DNA of 64,000 nt from Bacillota bacterium (GTDB taxonomy: Bacteria; Bacillota_I; Bacilli_A; RF39; UBA660). The notes beneath the pieces were generated by a model that saw only the letters and a program-made list of their open reading frames with translations, searched no databases and was not told the origin of the DNA. The DNA is taken from contig SVAM01000009.1 of assembly GCA_015059425.1 (NCBI GenBank), forward strand, positions 3,543-67,542. The letters are read 5' to 3'. Position numbers and translations under genes: made by a program. Position 1 is the first letter of the stretch; every line of letters starts with the position of its first letter. Below, piece after piece: positions 20,248 through 30,202 of the stretch.

Positions 20248-22407
20248 ATGACAGATGTACAATCTTTTATTATTGAAGATTCAGCCAGAAAAAAACTCAT
20301 GGATCAAAAAAATATTTTTGGTCAAAATTTTGTAGAAATGCTTGCTGAAATTATTACAAATGCAGATGATAGCTATTCTAGAATAGAAGATAATACTGGA
20401 GATTATTCTCCTAAAAAAATTGATATCTATTTTGACAGAAGAAAAGACGAATTTACTGTAGTTGATTTTGCTGAAGGTATAGGTGAAAATGAATTAATAA
20501 AAATTTTCAGAAAATATGCAGATGATACTTCTAATACGAATGCAACAAATAAGGTGCGTGGCATGTTTGGTAGAGGTGCCACAGACGTTATGATAGAATC
20601 ATCATTAGTTGGTAAAGAAAATTTTTTGATATCGTTTAGGGATGATGAATCCACAAGACTTGTGTTTAAGTTTGACGAAAACAATAATAAAACATTTACC
20701 AGAGACACATTGACTGAAGAAGAAATAAGATTTTTTAGAAATGAATATAACATTACCGAAAATGGAACGATTGTAAGATTTGGTACAGGAAGAAAATATC
20801 CAAAAGATGTTATTGGTGCAATTGAAGATTATTATATGCTAAGATTTATTTTTGATAATGAAAACAGAAAAATAATATTTCATGATTTAAATGAAGAAAC
20901 AGAAAAACAATTACAAAATGATATGTCTTATTTTGATTATTGTGATGTATTGTGTGAGGAATCATTTGATATTAAATATAAAAATTATAAGTTAAAAGCT
21001 AATTTAAAAATAGTAAATAATCCGAACAAAATATCAAATCATTATATTTTGATATATGATGAAAAAAAAGCTGTTTATGATGATTCTAATTTTAACAGAG
21101 CCACAGAAGCAGGAATAGATAAGATTGAAGGTAGACTTGAGATAATTAATTTAACAACATTTGCTAAACAAATGATGAATGAATTTGGAGAAACAATAAT
21201 AACTCCAACTCGTGATGGATTTGAAACGAAAAATGATTTCTATAAAGACTTGAAAAATAAAGTAGACAAATATATTATTAATGCCTGTGCTATGGTATCA
21301 CAATCAACAGAAAAATCTCAATCAGGTTTAAGAGATAGAAAAGAATGGCGCAATTTCTTTAAAGATATTAATAAATATTTTAAAGATGAATTAGATACAA
21401 TTATTGATGGTGGTGAGGGCGATACAATAAAAGAACCTCCAGAAGAAGGTATTAAATTTGCTAGAAACAGTATTCCTGTTAAAATTGGTAAACATTACTT
21501 AATTAAATTATTGATTAATCCTAATTTAATTACTCTAGGAAGTTTAATTCAAATCCAACATGAAGGTGAATATATAACTCTAGCTCAAGATAAAATTATA
21601 TTTACTAATAATGGAGGAGAAGAAGTCCCTTCGGTATTAGTTGATATTCTCGGCTTAGAAAATACACCGGAACAACAATTTATTACTGCACATTGTGGAA
21701 TTTACGAAGCTAATTTATATTATGATGTTAGAGATGAAGAAGTTCACTTGCCAGCATATGGTTTTGATTTTTTTCCAAATGAATTAAGAAAAAAACCAGA
21801 GGTTACTAGAACAGCTACAATGTATGTTGATACTAACAAATTTGAAATAGGATCTATTATTGAAATTGAAAACAATAATAGTGAAATTGAATTAGAATAT
21901 GAGAACATCGTTATAAGCACGGAACAATTAGTAAATGATAATATAGCTAAAATAAGTCTTAATATTTCTGGTGGTATATTAGGTAAAACCTATTATATTA
22001 GTGCTATGTTAAATGCTAGAAAAATTGAATTTCCAATTATAGTACAGGAGAAAGATGATACAACAAATAATAAAACAGGTATTATTAATGATATACTTCC
22101 AAAAGAATCCCCGGTTAACTATGTACAAAGTTACTACGATAATGATAGAAATATAATCATAGTATCAAATAACGTTGCTAATAAACAACAAATCTCAACT
22201 TGGTTAGAAAAGAAAGAATATGCTACTATTGCAGAAAAATTTGCATTCTATAGTATTTTATCAGAAGAGCTTGCTAGAATAATGATAAGAGAAAAAAGTA
22301 GAAAAGATAAAATTGCAATATCATCAGATCCAGATGAGTTTTTCAGAGTAATAAGTGAAGAAAAAGATAAAATGTATAAGATGCTTTTAAAATCTTTTGA
22401 GGAATAG
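20248..22407 (+). CDS. GHKL (HSP90/sacsin/MORC-type) ATPase-domain protein, 719 aa, gene 3 of candidate system
   Basis: Bergerat-fold boxes: N-box EIITNADDSY, G1 DFAEGIG, G2 GMFGRGATD. The C-terminal ~500 aa are uncharacterised. Confidence 0.6.
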   Translation: MTDVQSFIIEDSARKKLMDQKNIFGQNFVEMLAEIITNADDSYSRIEDNTGDYSPKKIDIYFDRRKDEFTVVDFAEGIGENELIKIFRKYADDTSNTNATNKVRGMFGRGATDVMIESSLVGKENFLISFRDDESTRLVFKFDENNNKTFTRDTLTEEEIRFFRNEYNITENGTIVRFGTGRKYPKDVIGAIEDYYMLRFIFDNENRKIIFHDLNEETEKQLQNDMSYFDYCDVLCEESFDIKYKNYKLKANLKIVNNPNKISNHYILIYDEKKAVYDDSNFNRATEAGIDKIEGRLEIINLTTFAKQMMNEFGETIITPTRDGFETKNDFYKDLKNKVDKYIINACAMVSQSTEKSQSGLRDRKEWRNFFKDINKYFKDELDTIIDGGEGDTIKEPPEEGIKFARNSIPVKIGKHYLIKLLINPNLITLGSLIQIQHEGEYITLAQDKIIFTNNGGEEVPSVLVDILGLENTPEQQFITAHCGIYEANLYYDVRDEEVHLPAYGFDFFPNELRKKPEVTRTATMYVDTNKFEIGSIIEIENNNSEIELEYENIVISTEQLVNDNIAKISLNISGGILGKTYYISAMLNARKIEFPIIVQEKDDTTNNKTGIINDILPKESPVNYVQSYYDNDRNIIIVSNNVANKQQISTWLEKKEYATIAEKFAFYSILSEELARIMIREKSRKDKIAISSDPDEFFRVISEEKDKMYKMLLKSFEE

Positions 22408-22411
22408 TAAA

Positions 22412-24175
22412 ATGGTTTTCTATTATTATAATCTAGATACTCTTGTTGAAAGTTATTTTGATAATGTAAGAATTATTAATATTTTACATAATAATGGGAT
22501 TAAAAATTTATATGATTTGTTTGTGTGTGATATTAATGAAGTATTAAACTCAAATGCATGCGGAAATAAAAGTAAGAGTATTATAGAAGAAACTTTTTAT
22601 TATTTACAAGCATTAGCAAGAAATAAATTTGATACTACAAAGATATATGAAAAATATGATTATTTATTAAATGATATGATTATTGTTTCAAGAAATTCAG
22701 ATAACGGAGAATTAAAAACAGAAGTATTATTTAAAAGATTCCTAGAAATATATGAGTTAGAAAAATTATCCCCCAAAGATTTTGTTAATTCAAATATGAT
22801 AATTCAATTTCTTGAGGTTTATGAGGGTAGTGCACCGTTAGATTATATTAGTCAAGAAACATCAAAATTTAAAAATTATAAAGAAGCTTACGCTTATTTA
22901 AATGATATTATTAATAATAATAAAGCCGATAAAGCAAATATTTTTAAAAGATATAATGGTATTTTCGTTGAAAGAGAAACATTAGAAGAAATAGGTAAAG
23001 ATTTTGGTGTAACAAGAGAAAGAATAAGACAAATTAATAAACGTACTACAGAAAAAATATATAACGCACTAGATACTATATATAGAAAAATAAAAAATAC
23101 ATTTGATAAAGCTTATTACATCCCTTTATCAAATCCAATGTTAAGAATATATTGTGAATATTTATATGAAAGAGGTTTTTTAAAACTAGAAAGAATTTTC
23201 GATGAAAAGGTTTATGTTAGAAACGAAGAATTAATAAATATAGTTAATAAAATAGAAATAGCTCTTGAAGAAAATAATGTATATAGTGATGAAATGGATA
23301 GAAATGTTTTAAAACTCTTTGAAAAAAAATATTTAATTAAGGATGGTAAAATCCTAAAGAATAATACGTTAATTAATTATGTTCCAATGGTTCTAGATGA
23401 AATAGGAAGAGCAGTAAATTTAAATAGTGAAAATGATGTTAATCTGATTTATGACATTTTAGAGCGAGAATATAGTGTAACCACAGAATATAAGGATTCA
23501 AGAAATATTGAGAGAGTATTAACAGATACAAGTATATTAATTGATTCAAGGACTTATATTTCCGAAAAATATCAAAAGAAAGCAGATATGACTGAAGTTT
23601 TTGAATACATAGAAAAAAGTGAAGTTACAAATGCTCAAATTATTTATTCAACTTTCATAAAATTATGGAATAATATTGATATATATAGTCATGTGGGTGT
23701 ATATGGATATTTAAAATATTTTTATCCTAATAAATATAATTATGCAGGAAGAAGTTTCCTTATAAATGTAATTGGCAAAAGTACAACTTGGGGGGAGATT
23801 GTAATTGATATGATTAAAGAAAAAAAGGCCCCAGTAACGTTTAACTCGGTTAATGAATTATATCCGGCATTAAATAATATGATATGGATAAATCTTGAAG
23901 CAAACTTTACTGATTTAATATTTTGGGGAGATAATTCATATTATTGCAATAGTATGTTAAAACTTAGTCCTGAAGATATGAGTTTTATTACTATTTATAT
24001 TTATAACAATGGAACAGTTACAGATAAAGATTTATATACTTACATATTAAATAATAAGGAGTATATAATTCACGATAATTATTTACATAGCGAAAAACAA
24101 TTATTAAAATTTATCAAAGTTAAGTTTGATGGGGTTATTAATTATAATTCTGACTTGAGAACTTATTATATATAA
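22412..24175 (+). CDS. protein with RNAP alpha-CTD-like HhH and sigma-70 region-4-like HTH, gene 4 of candidate system
   Basis: N-terminal VRIINILHNNGIKNLYDLFVCDINEVL (alpha-CTD-like). Mid-protein LEEIGKDFGVTRERIRQINKRTTEKIYNAL (sigma70 r4 HTH). Start overlaps the upstream stop. Confidence 0.55.
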   Translation: MVFYYYNLDTLVESYFDNVRIINILHNNGIKNLYDLFVCDINEVLNSNACGNKSKSIIEETFYYLQALARNKFDTTKIYEKYDYLLNDMIIVSRNSDNGELKTEVLFKRFLEIYELEKLSPKDFVNSNMIIQFLEVYEGSAPLDYISQETSKFKNYKEAYAYLNDIINNNKADKANIFKRYNGIFVERETLEEIGKDFGVTRERIRQINKRTTEKIYNALDTIYRKIKNTFDKAYYIPLSNPMLRIYCEYLYERGFLKLERIFDEKVYVRNEELINIVNKIEIALEENNVYSDEMDRNVLKLFEKKYLIKDGKILKNNTLINYVPMVLDEIGRAVNLNSENDVNLIYDILEREYSVTTEYKDSRNIERVLTDTSILIDSRTYISEKYQKKADMTEVFEYIEKSEVTNAQIIYSTFIKLWNNIDIYSHVGVYGYLKYFYPNKYNYAGRSFLINVIGKSTTWGEIVIDMIKEKKAPVTFNSVNELYPALNNMIWINLEANFTDLIFWGDNSYYCNSMLKLSPEDMSFITIYIYNNGTVTDKDLYTYILNNKEYIIHDNYLHSEKQLLKFIKVKFDGVINYNSDLRTYYI

Positions 24176-24190
24176 AAAAGAAGATTTCTA

Positions 24191-25429
24191 TTAATCTTCT
24201 TTTTTTATTATATTTTCAATCTCTTCTCCAATTTTTTCAATAATACCTACAACTAATGCATTACCCATCATAAAATTTCTCTTTTTTTGAGTCATTCCTG
24301 TGTTTGTCCAATTATCAGGAAATCCGTTTATTCTTTCACATTCAATAGGTGTTAATAGTCTTGGCTTTTTTGTTCTTAAATCTTCAATAACATGAGTTGT
24401 TCGGCTAACGCCACCTTCGCTAGTAAGCATTGTTCTAGCTGGAGCATCTAGGTTGTCAGGGAAAGGCATTGCCCCTTCACTATAGTAATAAGGCTCGCCA
24501 TTAGGTTTAACTCTTGGTATTTTTTTGCTTCCTTTTAAAAATATAAATTTTTCGATTTGAACATCAGATAAGAAATATTTTTCTTCAACTTCATTTTCTT
24601 CTCTAATTTTTCTTAATGGATATACTAAATTATAATCAGCTCTTGTTTTTACTGTATATATACCGCCATCAGCCATAATACCTGCATTATAGAATTCGCA
24701 TTTAAACATGTTACTAACTTCTATTAGATCCTTATATTCTTTTATACTTGATTTAGTTATTGCTTCATAAGCATCTTTGATAGGGAATTGTTTTACAAAT
24801 AACCCTTTTTTAAAAATGACATCTCTATCATTTAAGTTTCTCATTTCTTTATAGTAATTGGTAGATTTGTGATATGCAAAAATATAGGTTCTTCTTCTTT
24901 TTTGTGGCAGACCATATTCACCAGCATTTATAACTCTCCATTGAACATCATAGCCGTTTTCATAGAAACTCCTTAATATCATTCCGAAATCTCTTCCCCT
25001 TTGTTTTGCGGGAGAAAGTAATAATCTATCTACGTTTTCTAACAAAACAAATGGAGGTTGCTTAATAGCTAGGATTTCTTCGATAGCCCACCAAAGGACC
25101 CCTTTTTTTCCTTCAATACCTTTGCTATTTGATAATGTTTGCGCTACTGAATAATCTTGGCATGGAAATCCACCAACTAATAAAGTGTGGTCTGGAATTT
25201 CTTTTTTATCAACTTCAAATATATCGACATTGCTAACATCTTTAAAACCAAATCTTGTTCCGTAACAAATATATGCATCTTGAGTTTTAGTAGCAGGTTC
25301 CCATTGATTTGCCCAAACAAATTTCCAATTTCCGTTTTCTTCAACTTTATTATCTATTAATGTAACCTTATTTAATCCGCATCTAAAACCACCAACACCA
25401 GCAAATAGTTCTACACATGTTTTTTTCAT
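24191..25429 (-). CDS. DNA (cytosine-5)-methyltransferase, M.Sau3AI-like
   Basis: 412 aa. Motif I FAGVGGF, motif IV GGFPCQDYS, ENV motif. Same length as M.Sau3AI and adjacent to the Sau3AI-like endonuclease. Confidence 0.85.
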   Translation of the reverse strand: MKKTCVELFAGVGGFRCGLNKVTLIDNKVEENGNWKFVWANQWEPATKTQDAYICYGTRFGFKDVSNVDIFEVDKKEIPDHTLLVGGFPCQDYSVAQTLSNSKGIEGKKGVLWWAIEEILAIKQPPFVLLENVDRLLLSPAKQRGRDFGMILRSFYENGYDVQWRVINAGEYGLPQKRRRTYIFAYHKSTNYYKEMRNLNDRDVIFKKGLFVKQFPIKDAYEAITKSSIKEYKDLIEVSNMFKCEFYNAGIMADGGIYTVKTRADYNLVYPLRKIREENEVEEKYFLSDVQIEKFIFLKGSKKIPRVKPNGEPYYYSEGAMPFPDNLDAPARTMLTSEGGVSRTTHVIEDLRTKKPRLLTPIECERINGFPDNWTNTGMTQKKRNFMMGNALVVGIIEKIGEEIENIIKKED

Positions 25430-25484
25430 TTATATACCTCCTATTTATTGTGAAAAATCGTTATATATATTATAATATAGTTAG

Positions 25485-25541
25485 TTGTAAAGATCAACCA
25501 TGCAATTAGTATTATAACTTAATTTTGTTAAAAGATCAACT
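25485..25541. promoter_or_regulatory. divergent R-M promoter region with two direct repeats containing GATC
   Basis: ttgtAAAGATCAACc (25485-25499) and ttgttAAAAGATCAACt (25526-25541). A third GATC lies at 25583, near the RBS. Confidence 0.4.
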
Positions 25542-25600
25542 TTTCTTAATAATATTTTACTATAAATTTGAAATTAAAACAAGATCGAAAGGAGAATTTT

Positions 25601-26989
25601 GTGAAAAAAGGTAGACATTATTTGGTAGATGAAATTGCTTTTATAGCTCAAACTGCAATTGGAAAATCCTTTAGAGAAATTAGGGATGCAGATATAGTAA
25701 CGCTTGAAGATGATAAAGTTACTAAAGGATCTTTGGGTGGAATAGTGGAGGAGGCATTATTCGGAATTGAAGCTAACGGTGATTCAGCACCAGATTTTAT
25801 TGATGCTGGTGTAGAATTAAAAGTAACTCCTTATAAAAAAAATAAAAATAACACTCTTTCTGCAAAAGAAAGATTAGTATTAAATATAATCGATTACATG
25901 ACTGAATATAAGAATGAATTTTTTTCGAGTCATTTCTGGTATAAAAATAATCTATTAGAAATAATATGGTATCTTCATGAAGATGGTAAAGACAAACTTG
26001 ATTTAAAAATTACTAATGAAATTTTAATGGATTTATCTGAAAGCGAAGACATTAAGCAAATAGAACAAGACTGGTATACGGTTATAACCAAAATAAAAGA
26101 AGGTAAGGCTCATGAAATATCAGAGGGAGATACAATGTATCTTGGGGCTTGTACTAAAGGCGAAAATTCCCTATCATATCGCAGACAACCATTTAGTAAT
26201 ATGATGGCAATGCAAAGAGCATTTTGCTTTAAACAAAGCTATATGACGCAGTTGGTTAGAAAATATATTGGAGATTATTCTAATGTTGAGAAAATATTAA
26301 CAAATACTGAGCAAACATTTGATGAGTTTGTAAATAATGTAGTTAATAAATATAAGGGTAAAACTCAAAGTGAATTAATGGAATTATTTAATATTGAATC
26401 ATCCGCTAAAAATATAAACTCTATTATTGTTAGTCGAATGTTTGGGGTTAAAGGTAGCTTAAATGAAACAGAAGAATTTTTAAAAGCTAACATTATCCCA
26501 AAGACTGTTAGGATAGAAGAAAATGGAAGAATCAAAGAGTCAATGTCTTTTCCAGCTTTTAAGTATATTGAGATAATAAATCAAGAATGGGAAACATCAG
26601 AATTAAGGGAAAGTTTAGAATCGACTAAATATTTATTTTTTGTTTTTAGAATGGATAATAATGAATATGTATTTAAAGGAATTAAATTGTGGAATATGCC
26701 GGAATTAGTAATAGATAATGAAGTTCAAATTATGTGGCAAAAAACCGTTGATATTATAAAGAGTGGTAATATAGTGAAATCTATCACTAATGGTATTAGG
26801 GAAACTAATTTTCCAGGAGTTGCGCAAAATAAAGTGTGTCATGTTAGACCTCACGCAAGAGATGCACAAGATACATATCCATTACCAGTTGTTGATAAAT
26901 TAACTGGATTAACAGATTATACTAAACATTGTTTCTGGTTTAATAGGGGTTATTTAGAAGAAATATTAGAAGAGTATATTAATGAATAA
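25601..26989 (+). CDS. type II restriction endonuclease, Sau3AI family (GATC)
   Basis: GTG start after aaaggaga. Strong similarity recalled from R.Sau3AI: AGVELKVTPYKKNKNNTLSAKERLVLNIIDYM; EGKAHEISEGDTMYLGACTKGENSLSYRRQPFSNMMAMQRAFCFKQSYMTQLVRKYI. Duplicated MutH-like architecture. Confidence 0.8.
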   Translation: MKKGRHYLVDEIAFIAQTAIGKSFREIRDADIVTLEDDKVTKGSLGGIVEEALFGIEANGDSAPDFIDAGVELKVTPYKKNKNNTLSAKERLVLNIIDYMTEYKNEFFSSHFWYKNNLLEIIWYLHEDGKDKLDLKITNEILMDLSESEDIKQIEQDWYTVITKIKEGKAHEISEGDTMYLGACTKGENSLSYRRQPFSNMMAMQRAFCFKQSYMTQLVRKYIGDYSNVEKILTNTEQTFDEFVNNVVNKYKGKTQSELMELFNIESSAKNINSIIVSRMFGVKGSLNETEEFLKANIIPKTVRIEENGRIKESMSFPAFKYIEIINQEWETSELRESLESTKYLFFVFRMDNNEYVFKGIKLWNMPELVIDNEVQIMWQKTVDIIKSGNIVKSITNGIRETNFPGVAQNKVCHVRPHARDAQDTYPLPVVDKLTGLTDYTKHCFWFNRGYLEEILEEYINE

Positions 26990-27102
26990 AATACATTAAT
27001 AAGCTGTAAAACTGGATAAAATTATGATATAATATAAATATGAGAATAGAGCATAATTTCATTTTTAATAATGGAATATGCTTTTTTTGATTGGAGGTAA
27101 CT

Positions 27103-28584
27103 ATGAATAAATTAACTAGAGTTAACGAATATTTAAATGTTTCTGAGAAAGATTTAGAAGAATTGGGTGTTTATAATGGATATGCTAATATAGATTCTGA
27201 ATTATATATTAATCCAAAATTATTAATAGATTGTGAAATAGATGAATTTAAAAATTCTTATAATAAAATTACCAATCATTTTGAAAAAATAATTGAACTT
27301 TTAAGAAAAAGTGAAAAAGCATCAAAAGATGATTTGATGTGGAATCTTGCATTAAAGTTATTTTGTTTTCCTGAACCTAATGGGGTTGCACTGGGTACAT
27401 CTGGATTATCAATAAATGGAAACGGTTTAAGCGGAGAAACAGCAGAGAGTGCATTATTAAAATTAAAAGAAATGATTGATAACGACATAGATGATCCACA
27501 AATTTTTGGGATGTTGGCGCTTATTCAAAAGAATATAGGCGTTGATCGTATAAGTGATATGATAAGCAATATAATATATGATGATTTATTACTTTATACC
27601 GAAAATGTTATACAAAAATTAAATATTACATCTTGTGTTGAAGTAGAATATAATAAAAAACAATATAAAATAAAAATTAGAGAAAATGGTTCAAATTTAA
27701 TACTTATTCCAAAGAAAATATTAAGTAATATTCCACCTTTTGTTGATTATCATTCTATCCAAGATATAATAGATGAAAATGTAAAAATAAAACAACAAAT
27801 TTACGAGATGTTTTATGAGATAAATAAGAAATTAAAAAAGAAAAAAGTTTCTCAAGTAAACATAAAAGATTTAGATAAAGACCAAGTTTATGAGATTATT
27901 AATAAATTTAATTTACATAGAATAATTTTAGATGCAAGTTCTAATATTAATGTAGAACCTTATGATTTTGAAACAGATGTTGAGGGCATTCATAAACCGA
28001 TAGAAAAGATAACAAATTTAATTGCAAAAAAGGAACAACAAGTTTTAGGTAATATTTTAAAAATGAGAAATGAAAATTTTTCTGAGTTAGTAGAAGATTT
28101 AATTAACAATTATAAGTTTATTATTGAAAATAAAGGATTAAATCAAGACTTATATCATAAAGTTCCTACAAAAACAGGTAAATATTATTATAGACCTAAA
28201 CATGAAGGTGTATCTCATCGCTTATTCATTGCTACATTAGAAAATACAAAACAAATTTTTAACTATGATTATACTTACGAACCTAAATCTTCAAACGGAG
28301 AAGTAGATTTTAGATTTTATCGTAATGGTGAAGTTATTGTAGTTGAATTTAAACTAAGTACTAACAAGTTAAAAGATGGATATGATAAACAATTAGTTGA
28401 ATATATGAAAAGAGAAAAGAGTGATAAAGGGTATTATGTGATAATTAAAGTAAAAGATGATAACGCAATTGATAATTTTCTAAAAAATACAAAAATCACA
28501 AATAATAGACCTATTGTAGTAGTAGATGGATTATTAAAATCTAGTCCATCACATTTGCACTCTGAAGAATCGGAGGAAATGTAA
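27103..28584 (+). CDS. hypothetical protein with C-terminal PD-(D/E)xK nuclease-like motif
   Basis: RBS ggaggt. C-terminal GEVDFRFYRNGEVIVVEFKL (D...ExK) followed by QLVEYMK. N-terminal 350 aa unassigned. Confidence 0.5.
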   Translation: MNKLTRVNEYLNVSEKDLEELGVYNGYANIDSELYINPKLLIDCEIDEFKNSYNKITNHFEKIIELLRKSEKASKDDLMWNLALKLFCFPEPNGVALGTSGLSINGNGLSGETAESALLKLKEMIDNDIDDPQIFGMLALIQKNIGVDRISDMISNIIYDDLLLYTENVIQKLNITSCVEVEYNKKQYKIKIRENGSNLILIPKKILSNIPPFVDYHSIQDIIDENVKIKQQIYEMFYEINKKLKKKKVSQVNIKDLDKDQVYEIINKFNLHRIILDASSNINVEPYDFETDVEGIHKPIEKITNLIAKKEQQVLGNILKMRNENFSELVEDLINNYKFIIENKGLNQDLYHKVPTKTGKYYYRPKHEGVSHRLFIATLENTKQIFNYDYTYEPKSSNGEVDFRFYRNGEVIVVEFKLSTNKLKDGYDKQLVEYMKREKSDKGYYVIIKVKDDNAIDNFLKNTKITNNRPIVVVDGLLKSSPSHLHSEESEEM

Positions 28585-28938
28585 ATGAAGAAATTTATGT
28601 TTGATTTAATAGCATCACCATTATCATTGTTTGAAAATCAACTTTACAATTATGTTGCCATGGCAATTATAGGATTTATAGCATTTAAAATAGCTTTTAG
28701 TACGGTTGGAGATTTAGGATTAAGAGGAGAGGCCGGTTCAATAGCCCATTGGATAATAAGATTTTTTGTTTTTGTATTTATATGGTTTATATGTTGTGTG
28801 GCAATTACCTTAATTACATTTATTATTAACAACTGGATTATTATTACGATTAGTGCTATATTGCTATTAGTAATATACACTTTAAAGATATATGCAAATA
28901 AGAATCCAGAAAGCATATTAAACAAAAAAATATTATAG
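28585..28938 (+). CDS. small 3-TM membrane protein, translationally coupled to the upstream nuclease-like gene
   Basis: Stop and start abut (gtaaATG). Three hydrophobic helices. Confidence 0.5.
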   Translation: MKKFMFDLIASPLSLFENQLYNYVAMAIIGFIAFKIAFSTVGDLGLRGEAGSIAHWIIRFFVFVFIWFICCVAITLITFIINNWIIITISAILLLVIYTLKIYANKNPESILNKKIL

Positions 28939-29090
28939 GAACCGTTTTGAATGTAGATTTTTATGTCAGGAACCACATAGGAACCGATATACTAATTTAT
29001 AGGGGTATTAGTCAACAAAAGTAGGATAAATTAGTGATGTTTAAAACGAAAATAACATTGCTTAACACACAGAACAATCGTTTGGCTGAG

Positions 29091-29124
29091 CCCCCTGAAG
29101 AGAGCAGAGAGTCTCTCATTTTTG
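29091..29124 (+). repeat. repeat X copy B (15-mer ccccctgaagagagc plus terminator-like hairpin)
   Basis: Exact 15-mer shared with 16117-16131, plus the shared ctctcattttt. Confidence 0.6.
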
Positions 29125-29353
29125 TTTATATTAAAGTTTTTAAAAACACTTAAGATATAAATTTAAAATAAGTTAATATTTTCTATGACAAACTTACTAA
29201 TAATTACATTTTTATCAGTAAATTATTAAAGGTACAAAAGTGCAAATAATGATTTCTAAAGTGCAAAAATTGCACTTTGAAATTTCTTTTTTTATGTATT
29301 AAACTGACAAATAGTAACTTTTTTGTTATAATGTTATTAATGGAGGTGCTAAG

Positions 29354-30202
29354 ATGTCTGAGAGAGAATTAGATTCAAGTATAAACAATTATATTGAAAC
29401 AGAAACACCTAAAAACTATGTAAAACAATTAGCATGGGATATGGCTATTGGACTTCAAGAAGTTGATAACTTAAAACCTTCTAAGTATTTAGAAAAATTG
29501 TTACAAGAAAACGTAACAGGTGAAAAAACAATTTATGAAGTTGAACATGAATTAAAGCAATATTATGTAGAAAAAGATAAAACAGATAAAACAATTCAAG
29601 ATGAATTTGAATGTGATTTAGTTTCTACTAGAATAGTTCAATTATTGAGTATTGATAATTTTGAACTATCAGTAGACTATATAAAATATATTCATGAATA
29701 TTTATTTAAAGATATTTATGAATTTGCAGGTGAATTTAGAAAAATAGATTTTTCTAAACATGAAAGAATATTAAATAATGATTCAGTTGCATACGGAGAT
29801 TGTAAATTATTAGAACAATCATTAGATTATGATATATCATTAGAAAAAACTAAAAATTATAGTGAAATGAACATAGTTGATGTAATTAATAATATAACTA
29901 ATTTTACTTCAAATATATGGCAAATACATCCGTTTAGAGAAGGCAATACTAGAACTACTGCATTATTTATAGAAAAGTATTTAATATCACTTGGATATGA
30001 TGTAGATAACACTATGTTCAAAGAAAAATCTGTATATTATAGAAATGCATTAGTAAGAAGTAATTATTTTAATAATTATTTAAATATAAAACAAGATAAT
30101 AGTTTCTTAATTAAATTTTATGAAAATTTATTATTAGGTAAAAATAATAATTTACATTCAAGAGATTTAATTATAGAAGAATTATTTAATAAAGAAAATT
30201 AA
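29354..30202 (+). CDS. Fic/DOC-family protein
   Basis: Fic motif HPFREGNTRTTAL. Confidence 0.8.
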   Translation: MSERELDSSINNYIETETPKNYVKQLAWDMAIGLQEVDNLKPSKYLEKLLQENVTGEKTIYEVEHELKQYYVEKDKTDKTIQDEFECDLVSTRIVQLLSIDNFELSVDYIKYIHEYLFKDIYEFAGEFRKIDFSKHERILNNDSVAYGDCKLLEQSLDYDISLEKTKNYSEMNIVDVINNITNFTSNIWQIHPFREGNTRTTALFIEKYLISLGYDVDNTMFKEKSVYYRNALVRSNYFNNYLNIKQDNSFLIKFYENLLLGKNNNLHSRDLIIEELFNKEN

